A stretch of 64,000 bases of DNA. Origin: Lingula anatina (taxonomy: Eukaryota > Animalia > Brachiopoda). Shown here piece by piece: positions 13,936 through 27,000 of the stretch. The position numbers were made by a program, and so were the translations under genes. Numbering within the stretch: the first letter of the stretch is position 1; each line of letters starts with the position of its first letter. The notes beneath the pieces were generated by a model. The model searched no databases, was not told the origin of the DNA, and worked only from the letters and a program-made list of their open reading frames with translations. The DNA is taken from assembly GCA_051362555.1 (NCBI GenBank), contig CM120649.1:11594001-11658000 (forward strand), in the 5' to 3' direction.

Positions 13936-14354
13936 AAAAAGTAAATTTAATGCCTAACCATAATGCTATACTTATACATATAAACTATAACCTTTAACTT
14001 CTAACAATGCAATATTTAACTATTAAGCCGTTACATTTCCAAACAAAGTATAATATTCTTAATAGTTTTTCTTGATTATGTTCCTTGAGACATGTCTGTG
14101 CTTCTACACACTCATTAATATGTCTCTGTCCGATATGTATTTCCAATTTCACTAAACTACTTTTATACTTCATAATTTACAATGCTTTTTCCTTTAATGA
14201 TCTGACATTTTCATCATTAAGGAACGGATTGTTACCATAAGAGGGAGCATAGGTACTTACATTTCAGCTTTTCTTTCTGTATTAGTGACACTTACTTGGT
14301 TGTTATTGGTTTAATCAGTTCCATATTACACTAGTGTTCATAAGTGTTTGACAT

Positions 14355-15188
14355 TTAGCAGATTTTAGTTTCCAGTTTGCTTAAACACTCACGTAGTAGT
14401 TTCAATTCATTCTCGATAGAGTTACCCTTTTCCTTGGGGGAATTCCACTGATTAGGTGTTTGATTCCATTTGCGGTGGTTCCTACCTGTATGGTGCTGGC
14501 GATGCTGGTGACTGTAGGTAGCACTGGGGCTGTGGCCATGTCTAGGTGTGGTGCGGGGGTTTGGCTGTCCAGTTGCATCCTTTATATTTCTTGCCAGCGT
14601 ACTGGTCCCATGCGGGGTGAGGTGAATGCCATCCCATGCAAATAGGTCTCTCCTATCAGTTATGTTGTCATTGTCCATGTAGTGGACATTGGCATGTGAA
14701 CGACAAAGATGTTGTACCTGACGGTATGCTTCGTACTGAAGTTTGCTGGGTTCAAGGATACTGGGAGGCTGTAATTTCTTTGGTGATGAGACGATCATCG
14801 CCATTTTGGGGTAGTCATTTGCCAACCAAAGCATATATGCATCCCCTTGAATATGTATTTTTTTGGACTTTGCAGTGTGGTACAGGGTTAAAGATACTGT
14901 CCCAAGTTTGGCTCCTGATGTGCTATTATAGGTGAATTTCAGTTGAGTTCCAGTGCCATTGTTAACCTCTACCTCTGTGTCGGGTTTGTGGTACTGCCTA
15001 CAAACTTCTAGCCATCTTTTCACTAGACTTACAGAGCTGATTTTGATAGTGGCACAGCGACTGTTGTGGGTGGTAGATTCAATTATTGGACCAAAGTACA
15101 CATCAGTGTAATCATAGTTTGTGACAATTCCATTCTCCCTGTCATAGGTAATCCTGGATGTTTGGTTTACTAGAGTTGAGTAGGCTAT
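14355..15188 (-). pseudogene. LINE ORF1 with C-terminal part of an SGNH esterase domain
   Basis: Open from ATA GCC (probable former ATG) at 15188; DLFAWDGIHLTPHGTSTLARNIK; the esterase N-terminal blocks are absent, suggesting an internal deletion. Confidence 0.7.
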
Positions 15189-16715
15189 GCTATATGTTTT
15201 CAGAGAGCCCTTAACATCCTGTCTGGACAGTCGGCCATTTTGAACTTTTTTTTTTTTTTTTTAAAGAAAACCAACGCTGAAGTTGATATCAATTTTTTTT
15301 GCACCTTTCTATAGTCTTAACGTTTGTTAATTTTCACACAACATGCAACTAGAAGATCTGGCCGAAAACATGTTTAGAAAATAAAATGCTATTTCATCAA
15401 TGCGAGTGTAAGATATACAGTGATTAATTTTGGGGCCACTAATATAGCATTCCTTGCCAATGTGGCATAAATTGAAGAATTCGAATTTTTCTCCCATCAA
15501 TGCAGTGATTTTGCGATTTTGCCAGCGACAAATCAAAAGTCAATCGTTGCATTTATCAATTGACTGTTATGAAAGAATTGCACAATACAGTATCATTGAG
15601 ATTGCAGTGACATATAAATGGGTTCTGAGAAGTTTTAAAGTCTATGCGCTTTTCACCCCTTTTATTTTAGCTCATTCTGTCCGCCTGAATCTATATAGGG
15701 TGCTAGTAATCTCGCAAGGCCTGCTCGGTGTAGACGCGTGAGTGAGAAAGTGGCAATACTCAACTATACTAAAGAACAGAGTATAATTCGCAAACTTATA
15801 TACACGGCATATAGGGTCCTCTAAGTGGACCCAGTCTAAAAAAATTTGAAGAAGAAAACTATTTATAGTAATTATTCATCCAATTTGTCAAATAAATTTT
15901 TATTAAAACATGTACTTGTAGCTTTTCAATGCACATTTGCTATTACAGTATGATTTAGCTGTTAAAGCTGTTGTAGCCCGTCAATAATACATTTCAAAAA
16001 TCGGCATCGTGCACGTATGAGAGAATGAAACAATAGCTATGTTCTTGAATTTAAAATCTGCACAAAATGCACGTCCACAATTTTAATTGTCTTCTCATGC
16101 TTTGGTCTTACAGATATACTACCGGTAGTACATGGATATATTATGATGCATCAGCCAGGTCTAGATGATAATCACATGGAGTTGTTTTGCATTTATTTTA
16201 TGCATTTAACCTTTTTATAACAAAATAGATGACCGAGTCACACATATTGAAATACTTAAAATAATATAGCCTTAAGATTGTTACTTCGAATAACTATGAT
16301 TAACTAAATTTAGGTACAAACTGGACATATCAAATTTTAATTCTCACGTATATCTTGCTATTTACACATTTTTTTCATGATTCCACTCAATCCCATGTTT
16401 TGTTTGTTTGTTTTCAAAACACACACACACACACATATCAAATCTGTGATAAGCCTATGGTATCTCGTTATATACATGTAATAGTCTGATTTTTGTTTAA
16501 CATCACTGGGTGAAAATTAGACGGTTCACATATTGCACCATCAACCTATGTCACATGCGACTGAAGGCGGACCTCATCTCAACCTTTCAGTTGCGGCAAT
16601 TCATGGTAAACGCAATGGGGACGGCATTTCAAAAACAGAGCAGCATATTAATAATCCAAGCCTGTCAAATATACTGTCGAAATGCCGTTTGTTATCTTCG
16701 GCCCAGCTGCGTATT

Positions 16716-17311
16716 TCACACACTGTCGATCTCCTCTACGGTAAACATGATTTTCTGTGTCTTTTCCACTTCCTTTGGATCTGCACCGAGGGCTAGAATA
16801 GAAGCATAAGCAATATCCCGATTTGTGCAGAATTCCGCGTTGTCTTGGACTCCATATTTCGGGGAATGACTCAGATAATTCCTGACTTTCTTCAGTCGTA
16901 AGATGTGGTAGACGAAATCTTGTGTTGTTTGTGGAGGGAAAGGTAAAGTGGCATTTTGGTCGGGAGTTATCCAATCTAGGTTGTCTTTGTCTGGTTGAAA
17001 TTTACTTAACAATAACACCAGCAATGTTATGTCAAACCTTTCAACATCTGCTTGACCAGAGGCAGAGTTCAGCAGGTTCAGCTGAGAAGCATTCATGCAC
17101 TTCTTTGCTTCCTTAAGTTTTGTTTCATGCTTACTGAAAAACCGAATCACTGCATCTTTATCACTGACGTGATTGGCATTAGTGAGGTCAGGCCTAACAA
17201 CATCCTTGAGGAAGAAAGTTCTAATTGCCTTCGTTCCAAGTTCAGTAACGAGATAATGCAGCCTTGCAAACTTCTGTGCAGAAATAGACGCATCTGGGAC
17301 ATTCGCTTCTA
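16716..17311 (-). CDS. Roco exon 9: C-terminal DZIP3-like HEPN domain with intact RxxxxH
   Basis: KFARLHYLVTELGTKAIRTFF...FDITLLVLLL...ILRLKKVRNYLSHS; TAGTAG (NAGNAG) acceptor; TGA at 16718-16716. Confidence 0.85.
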
Positions 17312-17376
17312 CTAATAAAAATATGATAGTGATTAATGTTTTTATTTTAGGTTTTAGAGAGAGGAAAAAGTAGTAA

Positions 17377-17409
<33 letters not shown>

Positions 17410-20400
17410 GGCGCGCGCTCGCGTGTGTGTAAAATATCTGGTAATCAACAGAAATATTTAGGCAATGGAATGTACTGTTATACGAACAGGGAATACATGC
17501 TAATAACACTGTACCATTTCTATAAAATAAGTACAATACATGCACATTTAAGTCAAGAAATACAGGTATAGAATTTGAGTACATTTAAATAATATTGTAA
17601 GATTGAAATCCAACAAATTTTCCACCTAAAATTGGACAGAAAAACTAAAACTGCTTAATCTTCAGGAAAGAATAACGGTGATAATACCATAATTAAACCA
17701 TATGTTTATATCGCTGCCAAAGAAGGAGGAGTTTTGCATAAAGGAACTAAATGATTTATTATTTAATTACATATGGGTAATAAGATAAGTTTTTTACTGC
17801 TTACCTGAAAACCAAACACGATACGGTGTCATATCAATCGGTTTTTCAGAACCTTCTATACATTTATATATCACGTCGTTTTTTTGGACGTCCTCTGCGT
17901 CTATTGGGATATCTTTGTCGCCTACTTTTACCCTAATACGGAACTGTAACTGCATCCTGGGACAGTAAGCGTCCCGAAGAGCTGACAACTCCTTTTCGAC
18001 GGTTTTCCGTGCGTTTGAGTATATGTGAGGTTTTGTTTGTGAGCCTGTGTGAGCGTCTGTAATCGTCATTTTCATAGCGTTTTCTTCAATGGCTAGATGG
18101 AGCACCGACTGTTTGTCTAAAAAGAAGGAGGCTCGGTCAAACCCAACAACTGGGATGTTATTTTCATAATCCAGAGGTTTATACTTCCTCAGAAGACGGG
18201 TGGTCAACTGATGAAATAACCCAGTAGGAAAGAGAATGTGAGGGAATGCGATAAGCAAACATTTTTCTGGATCTTTCTCAGATATCGCATTATTTTCACA
18301 TTTGTTGGACACCAGCATACTAGGCACGAGGAATGTTCTCTTTCCAGGCCCTGGAAGTGGGTTTTCAACTGACTGAGATATTTCTAGCATCAGGTCGAAA
18401 TGCAACATAAGTCGAATAATATCGGCCTTTCTCTCGGTCATACTGTTTTCTTCTAGACATTCATCAAACACTTCTTCCTGTAGCACTCCTTTTTTCAAAC
18501 CAGCTTTCTGTAGCCCGATGTGACTGCATTCATCTTCACTGATGCAAGGGGTCATGATGGCAGAAAATACATCTGCTAACCAAAGTGGATCTATTATGAC
18601 GACATTTTCCAGTCCATCTACTTTGAAGTGTAGGATGTCTCCTTGGTGGTGGTGGTAAGGAATGAAACTGTTTCGTAATTCTTCGTCAGAGAGTCCTACC
18701 CTTTGCGCCATTTTACACAGTTCGTCAACTGTTATGATAGGAGATTCTTCGCTCTTCTTTGCCAAATCCATTTCTAGTTGAATCGAACTCACTGAAAACT
18801 TATGAACGGACGCCTCAGTGCCGCTGCTATAGCCACACAGCTTTTCGATCACACTTTTTATTTCATCAAACTCCGCATCACTTTCGGCCAAGTTGTTTAT
18901 GGCAATATATTCGTAGACGTGGGCCTTCAGTGCTTGCTTGTCGTCGAGACACTCCATGAGTTTACCAAATATGTCTTTAACATTAACCTATAAATAAACG
19001 CGCGCTAATATTTAATTCCTTAGTTGTTCAATAACATAATGATACATTTTCAGTGCAAAAGAAAAATGAATCTATGTGACATATGTTGTAATAAGCCAAT
19101 AGAAAAGAAGGCGGTGAAGGGTAACTGAAACCTTCTTCCCGGTGTGACATGAATGGTAGTCCACTAGGAACCGTAGTCCGTTCCCCATTACATGCACTTT
19201 GTAGATGTGACATGTGTCCAATTTAGTAGCCCAAACATTCCAACTAACCCTAACCCGTACTTATCATATGGGAGCTCGGGCTTCCATTCCTAGGACTTCC
19301 ATTCCTGTCATACTGGAATTAAATCATGCCAACTACAAAAAGTGACTTTTTTCAAAGAATCGTGTAAAATTTCATGCATCGCGACGTAATATGAAGATTA
19401 GAGGGATACAAACAATACGTATATTAGACGTATGTTAGTAAAGAATTAAAAAATTGATAGAAAAGCGTCATTACCTGTGGGCCTAACATGTCCTTATGAG
19501 TTCCAATAATCAAGACGTATGGAATGACATCCCTGTCTTCTTCCCTCAATCGTTCAACTGTGTGCATATGGATAGAGTTCAACCAAAACATTATAAACTC
19601 TGAAATGTATTGAAAGGTAAGTATAAAGATGAAAGTTCATCAGTGTTTTCTCCCCAACGTTGCTAAGATATCGTCGGTTAATAAAAAAGTTGCATACTGT
19701 TGACTGACCGATTTTAACAGGAGATCATTACCTAACATATATAGATAAAATGTATACCACAGCATACCTTTAACCGTCTTTTCCCCTCTGTACACAGGGA
19801 TTTTTTCATCGAGGTCTACGTCAAGTCGGAAGACCAACAAATAGATGATATGCTCTGAGAGGAATGTTTGGTGCGTAGTGTAGTAGACATCCTGGCCTCC
19901 AAAATCCCAAATTGTAACCTGTTTCTCAGGATCCACATGTTCTTTTCGAGCTAGTTTCTCTATTTTACCCAATAGCTTTGGGTCAATATTCTTAAGATAG
20001 TCTGCGTGGAATACAATAAGTTATGTTCAGAATGCAAAGTAATTTTTCATTATAATAGCAGGTGTAATAATGTTGACACTCAGATATTAACCCAGTATAG
20101 TGCATTCAAAAACATTTATTTCAGAATTGGAACTAATGCATTATGAGCGATAAACTACTTACCTAGTGTTTGGACAGGTGAGGCATGTGATCCACTGTCG
20201 CCAGGGGTAGCGGCTGTAGAATAAAGATTAATTAAAAACAGCACGTTAATTCCTCACAAAATCCGTATATATTTTTATCCAAATGGCAATTAAAACAGTT
20301 ATCACATAGATTGTGTTTTTTTCTGTCTCTGAGGGTGCATATTATGGTATAATGTCAGGCCCGTAAGCATTAATTCTAAAGGGTGTTTATCGGCAACTGA

Positions 20401-21030
20401 AGAAAGTAAATCCGGATTTTGTAATTGGGGTCTTGGTCAAGTCAAAACTCTGGCAAGTCGAGCTAGGGTCTACTCTGAAAGGACCATTTTTAAATATGTG
20501 ATGTATGAGACATCCTGGTGTCTAAAACCTTAATAGTGCAACCTGTTTCTACTCCTCAGTGAAAACCTTTCGGCACTGATTATATTTCATTCAGTATCCC
20601 CAGGTCAACACTCTTAAGTTACAAAAGTAACCGGTTTAAATTACTGCATGCCAATTTGAAGGTTTTATCAAATTTAGTATAACATTTATAGATAAGTGGA
20701 TGACAATAAGAATATGGACACTTCAATGCTTATATAGTTTGTAGTAAATTTAATCTCTGCACTCGACCTAAGTTACAAGCTAAGATAAAAATTGTGAACA
20801 ATACAGATGAACTCTATTTATACCACATCTACATGCGTTTTACTTACCTGCTGCTCTGCCAGGGGATGTATATGATCCACTGTCACCTGTAGGAGAGGCT
20901 GTAAAATAAATAAAGCGTTTTTATTATCATTCAAGTATAAAAAGCTAAAGTATACAAAAAATGTCGAATTAAACTGTATAAAAGGTACAAAAAGTTTTTA
21001 CTTTACAAATTCATTTTATTACATATTTAA

Positions 21031-21071
<41 letters not shown>

Positions 21072-24000
21072 TGGGGGGACTTTTTGTTTTGGGGATACTT
21101 TTCAAATAATAAAATGTTTTCGTTTTTGAAGGTTCATATGATCACCAACCAATAAACACATAGATGGTGCAATTTCTTTGCAAGTAAAGAAGAGTAACAA
21201 CCCATATCTGCTTTTTTACTCTAGGAGATGAGCTGCTCGACATAAAAATGTACCTCTATTTGCCATCATTCTTCTCCTCTTTTCCACATGTGTTAGGGAT
21301 TCCAGTGATGTCGCTCGGTCCATTTTTACTGGATCACCGAAAGTCTCTGGTTTCTGTATTCCGATTGCCATGTTTTGTACAAACTGATCTTCAGGGTTAT
21401 CTGAGAAATGGTAAGAAGGCCGGTTTGTATATCAAGATTTGTATTGAAATGTATCCTTTCTGAGGGTGGGTATCAGACTGTGAAGTTGAAAAACTGTTTT
21501 ACTCCAATCCCCAGTAAATTAGGTCAGGCTGACTTTTACAGAAAATAAAATTATCGTAGTTGTACACCTTAAAGAGTGCATTAATTGTGAAGCCTTATGC
21601 ATGGCAATCAATTGTTAACCATGCAAAGGATTCCGCTTCCTGAAGATACTTTTTCACCAGCCCTTCGTCCAACACAGAAAGATAGCGAAAGACACATTTT
21701 GTCACCAACATGACTAGTCACGTAACTATAATAATTATTGTTTGCTATTTCTAATTTCATTTCTTCTCTCTCCTTTGCGTTAACCCTAACCCAAACCCAC
21801 TGGTGTTAAATGTGTACATTTTTATAACCGGCTCACCCTTTCCTCTGATCCAACAAGATCGGTCAGCCTTATGAACAATACATCTATGCCGGTATATCTT
21901 CACGCCAGGTGTGTTTGCATCGTTGTTTTCATCATATTTCTCTTGGATGAGACGCTTGACGAGATGAGTCTTCCCCACGCCGTAAGGTCCAACAACAGCT
22001 ACTCGCTGTCTGTATACTGGAATCTTGCCACTTGCACACAATTTAAGAAATTGTTCCCTAAAGTCTGGTGATAAATAATAATAATAATAATAGCAATATT
22101 TTCAGATTATGATTTATGCTTTGACTTTTTGGCTATGTTAATTCTAATGATATTATTTGTTTACATGAAAGATGATAAATAAAAATCAATTTTATAATTT
22201 AAAATCTTTCCTCATCAAAATTATAATAACTGTAGAGCGGGAGAAGTTAAGATAATTTTTGCATATAGATAGTAACATCGCTCTGTTGGGGAGTCGAGCT
22301 CACTTTATTTTTTCTACCTTGATTGCATTTTAATCAGACTCTGCTGCCAATTTTAACCAACTGAAAATCACCGACTTGTATCGCTTTGTGTTTATTAAAA
22401 TTGAACGAACAATTATTATGTAGAACTGGTATTTTTGTGTTCAAAGGAAACTATGTCTGACAGGAGCATATGTTCTAGCTGCGTATTAATACAGCTTGAC
22501 CGTTCTCATCAAGGCTGGATAGGCTATCCTATGGATAACAATATCCATGGTATAAACCTTGATGGTTCAACGTTGATTCAACTTTCATAGTCAACGTCAT
22601 ATCAACATAGTTTCAATGTTGACTGTCAACGTTGATTCAACATTGATACCTCAAGGTTGATTCAACCTTGATGGTTCAACGTTGATTCAACTTTCATAGT
22701 CAACGTCATATCAACATAGTTTCAACGTTGACTGTCAACGTTGATTCAACATTGAGACCTCAAGGTTGATTCAACCTTGATGGTTCAACGTTGAGTCAAC
22801 TTTCATAGTCAACGTCATATCAACATGGTTTCAACGTTGACCATCAACGTTGATTCAACATTGATTCAATGTTGATTTGCCCGCTGGGGTAATATACGAA
22901 GGGGCACAGCTGCTTTTTCACATATGATGTTATCTTGTGCTTCACAGGTAAAATAGTTAATGTCTTCAATTTTAGCTCTAAGAACATTATTTAGTACATT
23001 CGCAGTAATGCCTACCTAGAATTTAGTAAAAATTCACAAGCAAACAGAGGGCAGCTGTCGATACGTGCTCTATCCAAGAGTTGCATTGCAGGTCTCAAAC
23101 TTCTACCCTAGGTTCTAGATTTCCCTATTGCCAGTTCGATCTTGATTTCATATACAACCCATATCAAAAATACAAAACTCTAGCCACTAGCGTCAACCTG
23201 GGGCGTTCTTCAGCAAAATTTTGCCCAGGGCGCTTTCATATTTGGAAGTCACAAGTCTCGTGCGTCACAAGTTTGATCATAAAAAGAAAAGATGGCCGAC
23301 GAGCTGGAGACAGGGGTGTGCTAGCTCGCAAATGTTACCGTCAGTCAAGGGATGTGCGGGGCGACAGAGCGATCGGGGTGAGTTACGGTGACATGAATAG
23401 ACCGTGCACCGATATAATTTTGAAAACTGTGAAACAAAAGTGCTTTTTTGACGGCTTTCGTATATATAACATTCCAAGTACAGATTGAACTAAGCATGAG
23501 TATTGTTCATGAACAAAGGTAAATCATGTAAGGGAAATATTGCGTAACACTGTAAGTGCCCTGATCAATGAACACATCAGTGAATTACTCCCTCATTATC
23601 CATGCTACCTGCACATATTAATGTGTGCAGTGTATGGTTCATCGCCCCATGATGAATGGAACTAAAGAAACAAACGAGCGTAATAACTCGAAAACATCTC
23701 AGTCAACGAAAAGACTTCACTCGGAATTCTCAAACTCCAGTGGCGCTGAATCTCAACTCATTATGCAAGAAATGCTAGAAATTAAAACTGAATTTAAACA
23801 AATAATAAAAGATGAGGTGGGCGAAATAAAAGCTATGGCAGATGTGATGGTTAAAGACTTGAGGTTTTTAGAAATGGAAATGAAATTCGACGTGAGATTA
23901 GGAAGACTGAAAGAGGGATACGATGACCTGTCAAGTGAAAACGAATTATTGAAAGAGCAGATTATAGACAATAAAAGAGAAATAACAAGGTTAGCAAATA

Positions 24001-27000
24001 TAGCAGAGGAAGCTGGCAACATGTCCAAAGAAGCTCAAATCAATGCCAACTACAATGAGCAATACTCCCGAAAAAACAACATCAAGATGTACGGGAAAAA
24101 GAGACGAGAAATGAATACATGGTCGACACGGTGTCAAAACTGCTGCAGACGGAAACAGGTGTACGGGTGACCAGTGAAGAGATCGTTGCCGTTCACAGGA
24201 TACCTGGGCTCCGTATCTCGAAAGGTTCGCTATGTTGCGCACGTGTGTTAGTGTCTCGATTCCATAACCGATTCTATTTCGAGATACGGGGCCATGAAAT
24301 CGAGACTCACTTGCACGTACGCAAGTGTCTCGATTCCATAACCCTGTATCTTGAAATAGAATCGGTTATGGAATCGAGACATTAACACACGTGCGCAACA
24401 TAGCGAACCTTTCGAGATACGGAGCCCTGAAAAGCGAGGACAGGAGAGACCAATATTAATGAAAGTTAAGAACACTGATGTTAAAGCACGGATTATGAAA
24501 AAGCGTGCAGTAATCAGGACATCGGGAAAGAATATGAAACTTTCATACGATGTAACCAAACGTAACGTTGAGCTTTTACACAGAGTAAATGAGAGTCAGC
24601 TAATAGAACAAGCGTGGTACGTTAATGAGAGCGTCTATGGCAAACCAAAAACATTGATGACAAAATAAAATTCGACATATTTAAACCCCTGTGAAGTTGA
24701 TTCCTGGTTCCTTATTCCTTATTCGGTTACTTATTCAAATGTGAAGTTGGTTACTTATTCCCGGTTCCTTATTCGGTTACTTATTCAACTTTTTTATGTT
24801 TTTTTATGATTTTGATGCTAGAATACCTGTTTCATCATACTAGCACCCCCTCTTCATCTAGATGACACCCTAAAATTGTTAAATGTACCACTAAAAACAC
24901 AAAATATAACCCATTCCTTATTCAAAAGTCCTGTTACTTATTGCAATACTTGATATCAAACTTATGCCCATATTTTCTGCTCAACATGCACTCTCCCATT
25001 CAAACTCCAATAAAAGTTGAATTTTGAACTTATGAATACATTCATATAGAGTGTTGCGCTTCTAAAGACAGCAAGGTTTCGTCAAACAGACTATAGCCTA
25101 GTTAATTTAATCATCAACAGGTTTATACTACCTCTCCTTTCATAGTCACCTGCCATCAATTTCCGTTTTAATCAATAATTAAAACCGGTTTTATGTCTTC
25201 CCTTGATTAAATACTGTTTATTTATCAATTTTACTATTGTAACATAGCCTTATTTGCAGTTTATACACTTAATTTCTCACGCCCTTCTAATTCATCTACT
25301 GCTTGTATATTCTTGTCTCTTCAAAATACTGTTAATCAACCTGAAGTTGAATTACAAAGAATTTCCTAAATTCATCTCCTTTTGTCTTTTGGATTTTATT
25401 GTGGGTTTATAGTTAGTCATGTGGGTGGGGAATCCCCTTTCAAAGCGAGGTTTGGGCTCTGGCGTCATAGTAAAAATGGGCATCATTGGATTTATATAGT
25501 TAGTCTTTAAGTGCTTTTTTGATCTCATATTTTATGGATTTAAATGGGAATCATGTCATAGTGTACCAATCAGCAGGCAGCAAGTCCACGGATGATCATT
25601 GTCACAATGACGTCAGAGCCTAAGCTCCTTGGAAAAAAGTAACCGAATAAGGAATAAGTAACCGAATAAGTAACAGGACTTTTGAATAAGGAATGGGTTA
25701 TATTTTGTGTTTTTATTGGTATATTTAACAATTTAGGGTGTCATCTAGATGAAGAGGGGGTGCTAGTATGATGAAACAGGTATTTTAGCATCAAAATCAT
25801 AAAAAAACATAAAAAAGTTGAATAAGTAACCGAATAAGGAATAAGTAACCGAATAAGGAATAAGTAACCGAATAAGGAATAAGTAACCGAATAAGTAACA
25901 GGACTTTTGAATAAGGAATGGGTTATATTTTGTGTTTTTATTGGTATATTTAACAATTTTAGGGCGTCATCTAGATGAAGAGGGGATGCTAGTGTGATGA
26001 AACAGGTATTCTAGCATCAAAATCATAAAACAACATAAAAAAGTTGAATAAGTAACCGAATAAGGAATAAGTAACCGAATAAGTAACAGGACTTTTGAAT
26101 AAGGAATGGGTTATATTTTGTGTTTTTATTGGTATATTTAACAATTTAGGGTGTCATCTAGATGAAGAGGGGGTGCTAGTATGATGAAACAGGTATTTTA
26201 GCATCAAAATCATAAAAAAACATAAAAAAGTTGAATAAGTAACCGAATAAGGAATAAGTAACCGAATAAGGAATAAGTAACCGAATAAGTAACAGGACTT
26301 TTGAATAAGGAATGGGTTATATTTTGTGTTTTTATTGGTATATTAACAATTTTAGGGCGTCATCTAGATGAAGAGGGGGTGCTAGTATGATGAAACAGGT
26401 ATTCTAGCATCAAAATCATAAAAAAACATAAAAAAGTTGAATAAGTAACCGAATAAGGAACCGGGAATAAGTAACCAACTTCACATTTGAATAAGTAACC
26501 GAATAAGGAATAAGGAACCAGGAATCAACTTCACCGGGGTCATATTTAATATCATTGACGAAAAAATAAAAAAGAAAAACTATAAATAAAATGCAAAAGA
26601 CTTATTTTAAATAAACTGCACAGGTACATCTTTCTGTCTGACGATGGTATATAATCGAGACCAAACTAGTTATGCTGACTTCTGTGTGTAATGTTGTAAG
26701 TGAAGCGTTGCATGTGCTACTGTATATTTACTCCTTTTGTTTCTTATCCACTTTACCATGCCAGCTCTCATTCGACTGCTTGGCTGTTGCTATATACCAT
26801 GCACATTCGCTTTCTTTTTCCCCTTTTTTACTCTGACTATGAACTATAGCTTTCCAAAATATGGCCCAAGAGGGCTGAGGGGAGGGCTTGGCTGGGGGCA
26901 GGAGTGCTTGGCGATCATTCACATGAATGGGGATTAGTTTAGGTCAGTGGAGGGTCGCAATTGGCTATTTTTATTGTGTAATACATAAGCTATCATCTGG

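Larger units (their letters stand above)
10264..15243 (-). mobile_element. Full-length non-LTR retrotransposon, RTE-X-like
   Basis: 5' end AAAATGGCCG, ORF1 with SGNH-esterase end (DGIHL), ORF2 APE-RT-CCHC, AATAAA followed by an (ATT)n tail at about 10264-10290. Confidence 0.85.

Noticed and set aside
22555-22880. Palindrome-rich periodic array resembling a CRISPR
   Set aside because: Whole 109-bp units repeat; there are no unique spacers, no cas genes, and the context is eukaryotic.
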